Below, in pieces: positions 1-9,143 of a stretch of 64,000 bases of DNA; positions within the stretch are counted from its first letter, which is position 1; the number at the start of each line of letters is the position of its first letter. This stretch comes from an uncultured Acidobacteriota bacterium (lineage in GTDB: Bacteria > Acidobacteriota > UBA6911). Both the position numbers and the translations under genes were made by a program. Below the pieces are notes generated by a model. That model was not told where the DNA came from. It did not search any database and was given only the letters and a program-made list of their open reading frames with translations. The stretch lies in contig CAWHCF010000023.1 in NCBI GenBank assembly GCA_963827655.1, forward strand, positions 256,001 through 320,000, given 5' to 3'.

Positions 1-765
1 GCAGGGGGCCTGGCTGCCAAATACGCCGCCCGGGGCCATCGAGTGCGTTTCGTGTCGGTCACCAACGGTGACGCGGGGCATCAGACCGAAGGAGGCGGAG
101 CGCTAGCGAATCGCCGGCGAGCCGAGGCGCAGGAAGCCGGAAAACGCATCGGGATTGAGTACATCGTCCTGGACAATCATGACGGCGAACTCCTGCCTAC
201 CCTGCAAGTCAGGGAACAGATCATCCGGCAGATGCGCCAGGTGAATGCCGACCTCGTTCTTGCTCCTCGACCTAACGACTACCATCCCGATCATCGCTAT
301 ACCGGAATCCTGGTGCAGGACGCGGCCTACATGGTCACCGTGCCTAATATCTGCCCCGACACACCTTCCCTGCGGAAGAACCCGGTGTTCCTGTATTTTC
401 AGGATGGCTTCCAAAAACCGAATCCCTTCTCCCCCGACATTGCCGTCGCCATCGATGATGTGATTGACAAAAAATGGTCCATGCTGGACGCGCATGTATC
501 TCAGTTTTACGAATGGCTGGCCTGGCACGACGGCAAACTCGACCAGGTTCCCAAAGATCCCAAGGCGCGCCTGGACTGGCTTCGCAAAGCGCGCAATTAC
601 GAGCCCGGACCCGCGATACGGACCGCGCTAGCTAAATGGTATGGTCCCGAAACGTCCAAAGGCATCCGGTTTGCGGAAGCTTTCGAAATCTGCGAGTATG
701 GCCGCCGGCCCTCGGAAGCAGATGTCCGATCGCTGATTCCCTTTTTTCCGGGCCAGCCCAAATAG
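1..765 (+). CDS. PIG-L/LmbE family deacetylase (5' partial)
   Basis: Frame is open from base 1 (AGGLAAKYAARGHRVRFVSVTNGDAG). Motifs TNGDAG, RRAEA, DGEL and DYHPDH are typical of the LmbE family. Confidence 0.85.
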   Translation, partial: AGGLAAKYAARGHRVRFVSVTNGDAGHQTEGGGALANRRRAEAQEAGKRIGIEYIVLDNHDGELLPTLQVREQIIRQMRQVNADLVLAPRPNDYHPDHRYTGILVQDAAYMVTVPNICPDTPSLRKNPVFLYFQDGFQKPNPFSPDIAVAIDDVIDKKWSMLDAHVSQFYEWLAWHDGKLDQVPKDPKARLDWLRKARNYEPGPAIRTALAKWYGPETSKGIRFAEAFEICEYGRRPSEADVRSLIPFFPGQPK

Positions 766-822
766 CCGGTAGAAAAGTGTTTCTTTGTGTCTTCGCGTCC
801 TGGGTGGTGAGTATCCCTGGCT

Positions 823-1245
823 ATGCTCGACTGGCTGCGCGCTAAGGAACCGCTCGCATGGTGGTTGATTGGTCTGTCTATCACGACCTTCGTGGGCAGC
901 TTGATTGCCGTTACCGTGCTGATCGTGCGCATGCCTGCCGACTACTTCACTCACATGAAAGAACCCGCCGATAGCTGGCGAAGCCGCCACCCCTTGATCC
1001 GTGGCGCCATTCTGGTTCTCAAAAACCTTCTGGGTTTCGTGCTGGTGCTGGCCGGCTTGATCATGTCGATTCCACCGATCCCCGGGCAGGGTGTTCTGAC
1101 TATCTTGATTGGTTTATCGCTCCTGAATTTTCCAGGAAAAAAGAACCTGGAACTGCGTATTGCAAGAGCCGCGCCGGTGAGAAACGCGATTGACTGGATT
1201 CGAGCAAAGTACCATCGTCCGCCGCTGCAAATTCCGGAGTCGTAG
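823..1245 (+). CDS. Small membrane protein, PGPGW-like family
   Basis: Hydrophobic helices and an IPGQGVLTILIGLSLLNFPGK motif. Confidence 0.7.
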   Translation: MLDWLRAKEPLAWWLIGLSITTFVGSLIAVTVLIVRMPADYFTHMKEPADSWRSRHPLIRGAILVLKNLLGFVLVLAGLIMSIPPIPGQGVLTILIGLSLLNFPGKKNLELRIARAAPVRNAIDWIRAKYHRPPLQIPES

Positions 1246-1248
1246 AAC

Positions 1249-1722
1249 ATGCGCAGCGTTTTTCAGGCTTTGGCACCCGCATTGGTGGCGTCTTTCATTT
1301 GGGCCGCTTGCTCCCGCCCTCAGCCCGCGGGTCCGACCGCCGCTGAACCCCCGTCCGCCCCGTCTCCCAAAGCGGAATCGGCGCCTGTTCCTCCTTTTCA
1401 TCGAAATATCAACCCCGGACAGCCCCTGCCTCAAGTGCTTTCGGCCGATGTTTTCCGTGATACGCCGGCCATAGCCGAGGTGTATCGCGCGGCGCGGCGT
1501 ATACCGGTGGTGCTGGCTCAGCAGCCTTGTTACTGCCATTGCGACCGTATGGGTCACGGCAGCCTGCTCGACTGCTTCGCAACGGATCATGGCGCCGGCT
1601 GAGATATCTGCATCAAGGAGGTCCTCCTTGCCGATCGCATGACGAAAGAGGGAGCCAATCCGACGCAAGTCCGCGAAGCCATTGTTCGTGGAGACTGGAG
1701 AGCCGAACCGCTACCGCGCTAG
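1249..1722 (+). CDS. PCYCGC/CYCXC-family lipoprotein, probable selenoprotein (TGA 1600-1602 read as Sec)
   Basis: Lipobox-like WAAC and PCYCHC-x-GH-x-SLLDCF-x3-HG motif. After TGA the frame continues D-I-C...REAIVRGDW to TAG at 1720-1722, giving UxxC where the family has CxxC. Confidence 0.8.
1609..1636 (+). promoter_or_regulatory. Putative bacterial SECIS hairpin
   Basis: CAAGGAG (1614-1620) - GTC loop - CTCCTTG (1624-1630) is a perfect 7-bp stem. The G-starting loop lies 18 nt after the TGA. Confidence 0.65.
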
Positions 1723-1797
1723 ACCTGCGCTTCGGCCCAGCGCCTGATGCCTGATCGTCAGCAGACCGGACGAGTCATGCGACGAAGGAGTTGACCG

Positions 1798-2334
1798 ATG
1801 GGAACGTCAGCAGTTCGGAAAGCCGCGGCCACTCGGAAGCGTCGAGCGGCGGGCAGAAAGGCAGCGACCACGCGCAAAAGCCGACCTTCCCGCAGGAAGC
1901 CGGCTCCGGCGAGCGGCACACCATCCGTCGTCCCGATGATCTCCTATGAGGATGGGATCGCGGCATTGAAATGGCTTCGCAGCGCGTTTGGGTTTCGCGA
2001 GACGGCGCGTCTCACAACGCCGGACGGGAGGCTCTCACACGGCGAGATGGAGGCCGGTGACGGATTGATCATGCTTGCGTCTCCGACACCCGATTACCGC
2101 AGTCCGAAACATCATCGTGAGGTCTGTGAACAGGCACGCAAGTGGTCCAGGGTGCCCTGGATTATCGACGGCGTGCTTGTCTACGTGGACGATCTCGATC
2201 GACACTTCACACGAGCAAAAGCAGCAGGTGCAACAATCCTCTCTGAGATCGAAGAGGGCCCTCCCGGGCGACGATATCGGGCGGAAGATTTCGAGGGCCA
2301 TCGCTGGTTCTTTTGCGAGAAGGACAAAGAATGA
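1798..2334 (+). CDS. VOC/glyoxalase-bleomycin resistance family protein with a basic N-terminal extension
   Basis: AALKWLRSAFGF, HGEM, VYVDDLD..F.RAKAAGA and AEDFEGHRW motifs. AAGGAG RBS upstream. Confidence 0.85.
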   Translation: MGTSAVRKAAATRKRRAAGRKAATTRKSRPSRRKPAPASGTPSVVPMISYEDGIAALKWLRSAFGFRETARLTTPDGRLSHGEMEAGDGLIMLASPTPDYRSPKHHREVCEQARKWSRVPWIIDGVLVYVDDLDRHFTRAKAAGATILSEIEEGPPGRRYRAEDFEGHRWFFCEKDKE

Positions 2335-2518
2335 CGCCCAAGGCTGGCTGACCAGTGACCGCAGCCGGCGAGTTGCGCGAAGCGCCGATCGGCCAGTTTC
2401 GCCCAATCGAAGTCCTCTTCAAGACCGGGCCGTCGAGCGAGGGGCGAGATCTCAAATCGCCGGCTGCAAAATCGTTTTTGTTTCAGTAGCCCCAATTCCA
2501 GAGTTATATTCTCGAATC

Positions 2519-3775
2519 ATGCTCAATTCAAACCGCGAGAAAAGCCGGCGACGTTTCCTCGGCGCTTTAGGCGCGTCGGCAGCTTGGTCCGGCTTGCCGG
2601 CCGGTTCGGCCGCCCAAAGCCGCTCACCCGAACCGCTCCCTTCAGATGACCGTAAGCTGAAGATCACTTCCGTAAAGGCCTATCCGGTTGCGATCGGCGG
2701 CTCTTTCCGAGGTGCGACGGCGAAGTTTTCGTCCGATTTTGATCCGGCGCGCTGGCGCTACCGCGGACCGTTCGCCCAGCTGGTCGGCGCCATCATCGTG
2801 GAAATAGGAACGGATCAGGGCATTATCGGCTATGGAATGGGAGGGGGCGGCGCGGCCGCTGTCGCAGTTGTTGAACGATACCTGAGCCACCTCCTGGTCG
2901 GAGCCAACCCGCTGAACGTGGAACTCCTCTGGGATCAGATGTACAGCTCAAGTTCTTATTGCGGCCGACGCGGCATTGTCGTGATGGCGCTCAGCGGCGT
3001 CGATCTGGCGCTATGGGACATCGCGGGCAAACACGCCGGGCGCCCGGTTTACCAGCTGATCGGCGGAACCACCAAGGACAAGGTTCCAGCCTACTACACC
3101 GGCTTCGAGGTGGAAAAGGCGAAGGCGATGGGCTTCAACGCTTTCAAGATTCCCTTGCGCGAAGGCGTCGTGGAAGGACGAGATGGGATGAAGCGAATCG
3201 AGGCGCAACTGGCGGAGGTGCGCAAGGCGATTGGGCCCGAGGCGCAGCTTCTGATCGAGTGCGGCTCGCTCTGGGACGTCCCGTACACCCTGGAGATGGA
3301 CAAGCGCCTCGCCGAGCTGCGTCCCGAGTTTTTCGAAGAGCCGCTGCTGCCCGACGATATCGAAGGGTACGAAACACTCTGCCGCGAAGTCCGTAATACC
3401 AGAATCGCAAGCGGCGAGCACGAATATACCCGCTTCGGGTTTCACGAGTTGATCCGTCACAAAGCCGTGCACGTGCTTCAGCCGGATATCACCTGGTCTG
3501 GAGGGCTGACCGAGCTGCGCCGAATCGCGGCCCTGGCCGCGGCGCATTCACTGCCTGTCCTCCTGCATCGGGGCGGAAGCTCCTATGGCTTGAACCTGAT
3601 TCTGGCGACTCCAAACTGTCGCGTCGCCGAAAGCTTCGGGATTCTCGAAAACACCAACGAAATCATGACGGCCATGATGCCGAGATTCGAAAACGGGTAC
3701 TACTATCCTTCGCAAAAGCCCGGCTTCGGAGTCGACCTGAACGAAGCCCTGATCCGCAAACACTTGAGGGAATGA
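2519..3775 (+). CDS. Mandelate racemase/enolase-superfamily sugar-acid dehydratase with Tat signal
   Basis: SRRRFLG Tat motif; SGVDLALWD..GK, EEPL, GEHE and QPD motifs. Start moved to ATG 2519. Confidence 0.85.
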   Translation: MLNSNREKSRRRFLGALGASAAWSGLPAGSAAQSRSPEPLPSDDRKLKITSVKAYPVAIGGSFRGATAKFSSDFDPARWRYRGPFAQLVGAIIVEIGTDQGIIGYGMGGGGAAAVAVVERYLSHLLVGANPLNVELLWDQMYSSSSYCGRRGIVVMALSGVDLALWDIAGKHAGRPVYQLIGGTTKDKVPAYYTGFEVEKAKAMGFNAFKIPLREGVVEGRDGMKRIEAQLAEVRKAIGPEAQLLIECGSLWDVPYTLEMDKRLAELRPEFFEEPLLPDDIEGYETLCREVRNTRIASGEHEYTRFGFHELIRHKAVHVLQPDITWSGGLTELRRIAALAAAHSLPVLLHRGGSSYGLNLILATPNCRVAESFGILENTNEIMTAMMPRFENGYYYPSQKPGFGVDLNEALIRKHLRE

Positions 3776-4791
3776 GCCCGGGAGGGAAACCGACGATGAT
3801 GGTTCCAACTGCCGTGACCAGGCGCGGGTTTCTGAAAGCTGCGGCCGCAAGCTCGTTCGGGCTTGCGTTCTCCGGCTTGAATACCTTCGGAGCGGATGGG
3901 AAGAAAAAACTCGCGGGCATCTTCCCGATAATGCAGACCCCTTTCACCGATTCCGATGGTCTCGACCTGGAGGCTCTAGCCCGCCAGGTGAAGTTTCTCG
4001 ACCGCGTGGGCGTGCACGGCATGGTCTGGCCCCAACTGGCGAGCGAGTATTTCGACCTGACCGTCGAGGAGCGCTTTAAAGGCGCGGAAGCCGTGATGGA
4101 AGCCGCAAAGGGAACACGACCGGCCATCGTTATCGGCGTGCAGGGTCCGGACACCGAAGCAGCCGTGCGTTACGCGCGCCACGCGGATAAGCTCGGTCCA
4201 GACGCGGTCATTGCTCTGCCACCGCGCGGAGTCACCGAACTCGAGCGCGTTCTCGCGTACTATCGCGCCGTGGGCGGCGCGTGCAGCCGGCCTCTTTTCG
4301 TCCAGAGCATCGGTGACATGAGCGTCGATTTCGTCCTGCGTATGGCCAGGGAGATTCCCACACTGCGCTTCGTGAAGGATGAGGCAGGTCAGACGCTGCC
4401 AAGAATTACTGAATACCGTGCGAAGGGCGCCGATCTCATCCACGGCGTCTTCACCGGGGCGCATGGGCGGACGCTGCTCGACGAGCTCGCGCGGGGTTCG
4501 TCGGGTACGATGCCGGCCTCCCCATTCGCCGACCTTTACGTCCAGACCTGGGATCTGTGGCACGCCGGAAAGCGCAGCGACGCTATCGACCGATTCTCGA
4601 AGGTCATGCTCATGGTATCGCAGGTACAGGCTTACGGGATGCCCTCGCTTAAATACCTGCTCGAGTTACGTGGGGTCTTCAAGAATCATCGTTGCCGCTC
4701 GGAGGGAGCCAAGGTTGTATTCGACGACCAGGCACGCCGCTCGCTGCGCGAGACCTACGAGTTCATCCGTCCTCTGCTGAAAGCCCGGTAA
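3772..4791 (+). CDS. DHDPS/NAL-family aldolase with Tat signal
   Basis: TRRGFLK Tat motif; GIFPIMQTPF; Schiff-base KDE. ATGA overlap with the upstream gene. Confidence 0.8.
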   Translation: MSPGGKPTMMVPTAVTRRGFLKAAAASSFGLAFSGLNTFGADGKKKLAGIFPIMQTPFTDSDGLDLEALARQVKFLDRVGVHGMVWPQLASEYFDLTVEERFKGAEAVMEAAKGTRPAIVIGVQGPDTEAAVRYARHADKLGPDAVIALPPRGVTELERVLAYYRAVGGACSRPLFVQSIGDMSVDFVLRMAREIPTLRFVKDEAGQTLPRITEYRAKGADLIHGVFTGAHGRTLLDELARGSSGTMPASPFADLYVQTWDLWHAGKRSDAIDRFSKVMLMVSQVQAYGMPSLKYLLELRGVFKNHRCRSEGAKVVFDDQARRSLRETYEFIRPLLKAR

Positions 4792-4842
4792 AAAGTGGAA
4801 AGTGCTGAGTAAAAAGTGGAAAGTACTCAGCACTTTCTACTC
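4792..4842. repeat. Palindromic short-unit repeat
   Basis: AAAGTGCTGAGTA (4799-4811) / TACTCAGCACTTT (4824-4836), with AAAAGTGGAAAGT present twice. Confidence 0.7.
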
Positions 4843-4860
4843 TTAACCATACTCTCTAAC

Positions 4861-5716
4861 CAGCGACTGATACTCGGCCTGACAGCATTTGGACTCTCTG
4901 TGTGCGACGGCGGCGGCGCATCCCGGCGTCGGAATCGTCATGGATAGTCGCGGCAATGTTTTTTACACTGACCTGTCTCATGTATGGAAAATCGCGCCGG
5001 GCGGCGCGAAATCCATTGCCGTGCGGGGCGTCCACACTCATGAACTGTACATCGACCGTGAAGACAACCTCTACGGCGAACATCTATGGTACGAAGGCGA
5101 CCGTACCAAAAAATGGGGCCATCGGGTATGGAAATTAGCCGCAGATGGCAAGCTGAGCGACGTCATTCCCGCCCGAGAAGGATTTTTGCAAGAACTACAG
5201 CTTCGTGCGCGACGGCCGCGGGAACATGTACTGGGCGGAACGAGGCGCGCAGACGATGCTTCGAAAACGCACGCCATCAGGACAAATCGAAACCGTGGGA
5301 CCAGTCGACATTTTTCGAGACATCCGCTGGATGACCTGTACGACCGAGGGCACGATATACCTGATCGACGGTCAAGACCTGCGCCGCGTCGGCTCAGACG
5401 GGACGGTCCACACCGTCGCGCGCGACCTCGGGGAGCGAAAGCTCTTACAATTCCTGGTCGGCGACCGTCATATTCTGATGGGACTATGGACCGACACGGT
5501 CGGCGGAATGTCTTCGTGGCCGTTTACGGGGCGCGCCTGGTCAAGAAGATCGACCGCGACGGAAAGGTTACCATTGCGGCCCGCTCCCAGGCTCCCTGGT
5601 CGCCTACCGGAGGACTGGCCGTGCCCAACGGCGATCTGTGGCTCCTGGAATACTCCATAACCAATGCCGCCCGGGCGCGGCACATTCAACGAGACGGCAA
5701 GGAAAACATATATTAG
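4861..5716 (+). CDS. Secreted NHL/beta-propeller-like protein (frameshifts near 4900, 5190 and 5500; start uncertain)
   Basis: Repeats GIVMDSRGNVFY, DGRGNMYWAE and GGLAVPNGDLWLLE are spread over two frames that join into one protein. Confidence 0.6.
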
Positions 5717-5791
5717 CGAAGCAATCCTCTCGCTTCATTCGCCGCTCGTTTACCGCAACGACTCAAAGACGCGTGGTCATGGGAAACTGAA

Positions 5792-7336
5792 TTGATAAAT
5801 CGCCTTGCGTTTCCGGTTTGTCTCTCCGCTCTCTTCGTGATCGGCCTGGAGAGATTGCCCCAGGACGGTCGCCGGCAACCAGCCTCGTCCGCTATCACAG
5901 GAATGCAGGAGGACGCGGCCCAGCGCATCTCGGCCGACTCGCTGCGCGGCCACCTTTCTTTTCTGGCTTCCGACGCGCTGGGTGGACGCGACACTCCCTC
6001 GCCGGGTCTGGACGTGGCCGCCGAGTACATAGCCGCGCAGTTCCGTCGAGCGGCCCTCGAACCTGCAGCCGGAAACGACTATTTTCAGACGGCTCCCGGT
6101 GTCGTCACCGTTGCCAACCAGGAAAACTTCCGGTTCACACTGAACGTGGCGGGAAAGAGCCTCGATATTCCGGCGGCACGCTTCAGCATGTCGACCATTG
6201 CGCCGTTGAAACTGGCTGACGTACCGGTCGTGAAAATCCCGTTCGACGGGCAGCTTCCGTCTACCCTGGAGGGGAGAGTAGCAATTGCCGAGCTACCGAG
6301 TGATCGGGATTCACGGACCGCATCGGACCATATCTTCACTCGACTGGCCCCGCTCAAGCCCACTGCCGTTATCACGGTCGATCGACGCGAACGAGAGAGC
6401 TCCTACTTCACGCGCCGGGTTCTGAGGGAACCGCCGCCGCTAGGAACAACCTGGGACGCAGTCGGCTCATTGAATCGGGCGCCAGGCGTCCCTTTGATCA
6501 CGATCTACGGAGCGCTTCCGGCTGGGGTCCTCGAGGGAATGGGCCCGAGCGATACTCGCGTCTCACTCGAACTGGCGCCGCCGCTCGATACCAGGGTTGT
6601 TCTTCGAAATGTGGCCGGGCTGCTGCGCGGTTCGGATCCGACTTTGAACCAGAGCTACATCCTGGTTACTGCGCACTACGACGGCACCGGTCCACGTCCC
6701 GGCGCTACAGGGGACACGATCTGGAATGCCGCCAACGATGACGGGAGCGGCACGGTGGCTGTGGTCGAGCTCGCATCGGCCCTGGCGGCGCTAAAGGACC
6801 GGCCGCGGCGATCCATCGTTTTCATGACTTATTTTGGCGAGGAAAAAGGTCTGCGCGGATCGGCGTACTACGCTCGTTATCCCCTTTTCCCGCTCGACAA
6901 GACCATCGCCAACATCAACATCGAACATGTCGGCCGGACCGACAGCACCCAAGCCGGTGACCGGCGCGGGACCGCGAGCCTCACCGGCTTCGACTACTCC
7001 GATCTGGGCGAGTTGTTTGCCGAAGCGGGGAGGCTTTCGGGCATCAAGGTCTACAAGCACGAAACGAAATCCGATCCTTTCTTCAACGGCAGCGACAACC
7101 TGTCCCTGGCTGAAGCTGGTGTGGTCGCCCACACGATCTGCGTCATCTTCGATGACTTTTCCGACTATCATGGTCCGGGCGACCACTGGGAAAAGATTGA
7201 CTACCCGAACCTGGAGAAGACGGTCGAGATGATCGCGACCGCGGCGCTCCTGCTCGCCCAGCGTGAAGCCCCGCCGCAGTGGAATGCCGCCAACCCGCGC
7301 ACTGAGCGGTTTCGCAAGGCCCGCGAAGCGCGTTAA
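5792..7336 (+). CDS. M28 family metallopeptidase
   Basis: TAHYD, ANDDGSG, GEEKGL.GS, SDN and DYH..GD motifs. Confidence 0.9.
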   Translation: MINRLAFPVCLSALFVIGLERLPQDGRRQPASSAITGMQEDAAQRISADSLRGHLSFLASDALGGRDTPSPGLDVAAEYIAAQFRRAALEPAAGNDYFQTAPGVVTVANQENFRFTLNVAGKSLDIPAARFSMSTIAPLKLADVPVVKIPFDGQLPSTLEGRVAIAELPSDRDSRTASDHIFTRLAPLKPTAVITVDRRERESSYFTRRVLREPPPLGTTWDAVGSLNRAPGVPLITIYGALPAGVLEGMGPSDTRVSLELAPPLDTRVVLRNVAGLLRGSDPTLNQSYILVTAHYDGTGPRPGATGDTIWNAANDDGSGTVAVVELASALAALKDRPRRSIVFMTYFGEEKGLRGSAYYARYPLFPLDKTIANINIEHVGRTDSTQAGDRRGTASLTGFDYSDLGELFAEAGRLSGIKVYKHETKSDPFFNGSDNLSLAEAGVVAHTICVIFDDFSDYHGPGDHWEKIDYPNLEKTVEMIATAALLLAQREAPPQWNAANPRTERFRKAREAR

Positions 7337-7341
7337 CAAAT

Positions 7342-7423
7342 ACCACCAAGGCTCAAAGACACGCAAGAAACCACGAAGGCAATGTTTCTTGGCGTTCCTT
7401 CGCGTCTTTGCGTCTTTGTGGTT
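7342..7423. repeat. REP-like palindrome, ACCACnAAGnCnCnAAG family
   Basis: ACCACCAAGGCTCAAAGACACGCAAGAA...TTCTTGGCGTTCCTTCGCGTCTTTGCGTCTTTGTGGT between convergent genes. Related units lie near 781, 14129, 14645-14808, 22983-23048, 27080, 41078, 55388, 58688 and 59994. Confidence 0.75.
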
Positions 7424-7430
7424 AAAATCG

Positions 7431-9110
7431 CTAGGGTCGCCGGCGAGCCTCGACCCAAATCGGGCTCGACCAGGCGATCTGGCCGTTCGCCTCGACCACG
7501 CGAAGGTAGTACCAGGCCACCTGTTCCCCGCGATCCTGATCCGCCACGCTGTAGCTGGTCTGGTAGTTTTCGGCGAAAACCAGGCGATGGACCAGGGCGG
7601 ACTCTCTGGGAAAATCTCCAGTGAAAATCGTCTCTCCCGATTCGGCGAGTTCTTTGAAGCTCTGGGTGAGCGAGACCTTGGACGGAGATGCAAGCGTAAC
7701 TATCAGTTTCGTGTCCGGGCCGCCGCGAGCCTTGAGAACGACCGCCTTCGTGGGCACGTCCTCGAGCTGCTGACGGCGTGCGGTGAACGATTCCACCCTG
7801 ACACCCTGTTCGCTTCGGTCCAGGATCCGGTCCCGGCGCCCTTCTTCGAGCGGGCCGGACTGGAAACAGGGATGGACAGCCTCCAGGACGCCGCCCTCGA
7901 GACGGATTCGAATATCCCAGTCCGCGACCTGAACCATTCCCAGGGCGGCCCACGGACCCCAGCCATACTCGACCCGGATCAAGACCGGCCGGCGCCAGCT
8001 CTCCGAACCGGGTAGCCGGTCTGACGGAAAATCGCGGTGAATGACCCGGTTGTTCTTGAGCAGCTCGACACGGTCGATCTGGTCCCATCCGGATACGGAG
8101 ATTTTCAACTGGCGCTCGGGGACATACGGGATCTCTCGCCCCATGACCTGGCCTGCCAGCGAAAAATCCAGCTCGATGCGGTCCCCGGTCACGGCATAGG
8201 TACGGCGGTTCCGCAGCGCTTCGAATAACGCCGGGCGCGTGAGTTCGGTGGCCTTGACGGCGGCCAGTCCCTCGCGATAGGCGCCCGGGTAACCCAGATG
8301 ATCGTCGCTGCTGGCGATCACGCCCACGCGGTGTCCCTCGGCCAGCAGGTACTGCAGAGTATTACGGGTCCAGCGTCCTCCATGGCTATGGCGGATGTAG
8401 GGATAGGGCCCACGGTCGTGTTCGGCGTTGCCCCATTCGGAGAATATCTCGAGCAGCGGCGACACCGCAGGGTCGCGCATCGCAAAGTTGGCTCCCCGAT
8501 GTCCTCGACGGTTGGCCGGGTGGTGTGGAATCAGCAGGCAGCCGCGCGTCTTGGCGAATTTCTGAAACTCCCGGAGATCGTCCATGGGAGCGTACTCGGC
8601 ATCGAGATCAGGGAAAATAATGTGGTAGTCGCCCAACGATGTGGAATGCCACTCGTACCCGACCAGCGGGACGAACTTCCCGGGGGCGTCGAACTTCCGC
8701 GCCATCTCGATCACTTCACGCCAGCGCGCGCGCGTAACGGCGAAACCTTTGATCCACCTTTCTTCGATCTTGTTCTCGTAGTGCCCGATGTCGTGCCAGT
8801 GGCCGTGCGGAGTAAAGGCGAAAAAGTCCAGATGGTTACGCGCGATCTCGAAGGTACGCTCGAGCGATCCTTGTGCATAACCGACCGCATTGTGGTTGTG
8901 CAGGTCGCCGAAATAGGTCTTGTAGTCGCCGGCCCGAGGCTGCGCCCGGTTTTGCAGCGCCGGGTTCAATGCGGCGGCCGCGACGGCCAGCGAGGAACGC
9001 CGGATCCAGTCGCGTCGCGAAAGCCGCGTGACGATGGCGGATTGCAGATTGCGGATCGGGGATTTCGGATTGTCGGAACGGTGCTTATGGCTGGCCAGGA
9101 GTTTCAACAT
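7431..9110 (-). CDS. PHP-like metallohydrolase (DUF3604/CehA-McbA-like) with Tat signal
   Basis: SRRDWI; FGDLHNH, LDFFAFTPH, GYEW, IPHH, ASSDDH..YPG and YYLRV...WSSPIWV motifs. Confidence 0.8.
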   Translation of the reverse strand: MLKLLASHKHRSDNPKSPIRNLQSAIVTRLSRRDWIRRSSLAVAAAALNPALQNRAQPRAGDYKTYFGDLHNHNAVGYAQGSLERTFEIARNHLDFFAFTPHGHWHDIGHYENKIEERWIKGFAVTRARWREVIEMARKFDAPGKFVPLVGYEWHSTSLGDYHIIFPDLDAEYAPMDDLREFQKFAKTRGCLLIPHHPANRRGHRGANFAMRDPAVSPLLEIFSEWGNAEHDRGPYPYIRHSHGGRWTRNTLQYLLAEGHRVGVIASSDDHLGYPGAYREGLAAVKATELTRPALFEALRNRRTYAVTGDRIELDFSLAGQVMGREIPYVPERQLKISVSGWDQIDRVELLKNNRVIHRDFPSDRLPGSESWRRPVLIRVEYGWGPWAALGMVQVADWDIRIRLEGGVLEAVHPCFQSGPLEEGRRDRILDRSEQGVRVESFTARRQQLEDVPTKAVVLKARGGPDTKLIVTLASPSKVSLTQSFKELAESGETIFTGDFPRESALVHRLVFAENYQTSYSVADQDRGEQVAWYYLRVVEANGQIAWSSPIWVEARRRP

Positions 9111-9143
9111 CGAAATCCGAAATCTGCAATCCGCACCATCGTC
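9030..9143. repeat. Inverted heptamer array (GATTGCA/GATTGCG vs AATCCGA/AATCTGC)
   Basis: GACGATGGCGGATTGCAGATTGCGGAT ... AAATCCGAAATCTGCAATCCGCACCATCGTC. Confidence 0.75.
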
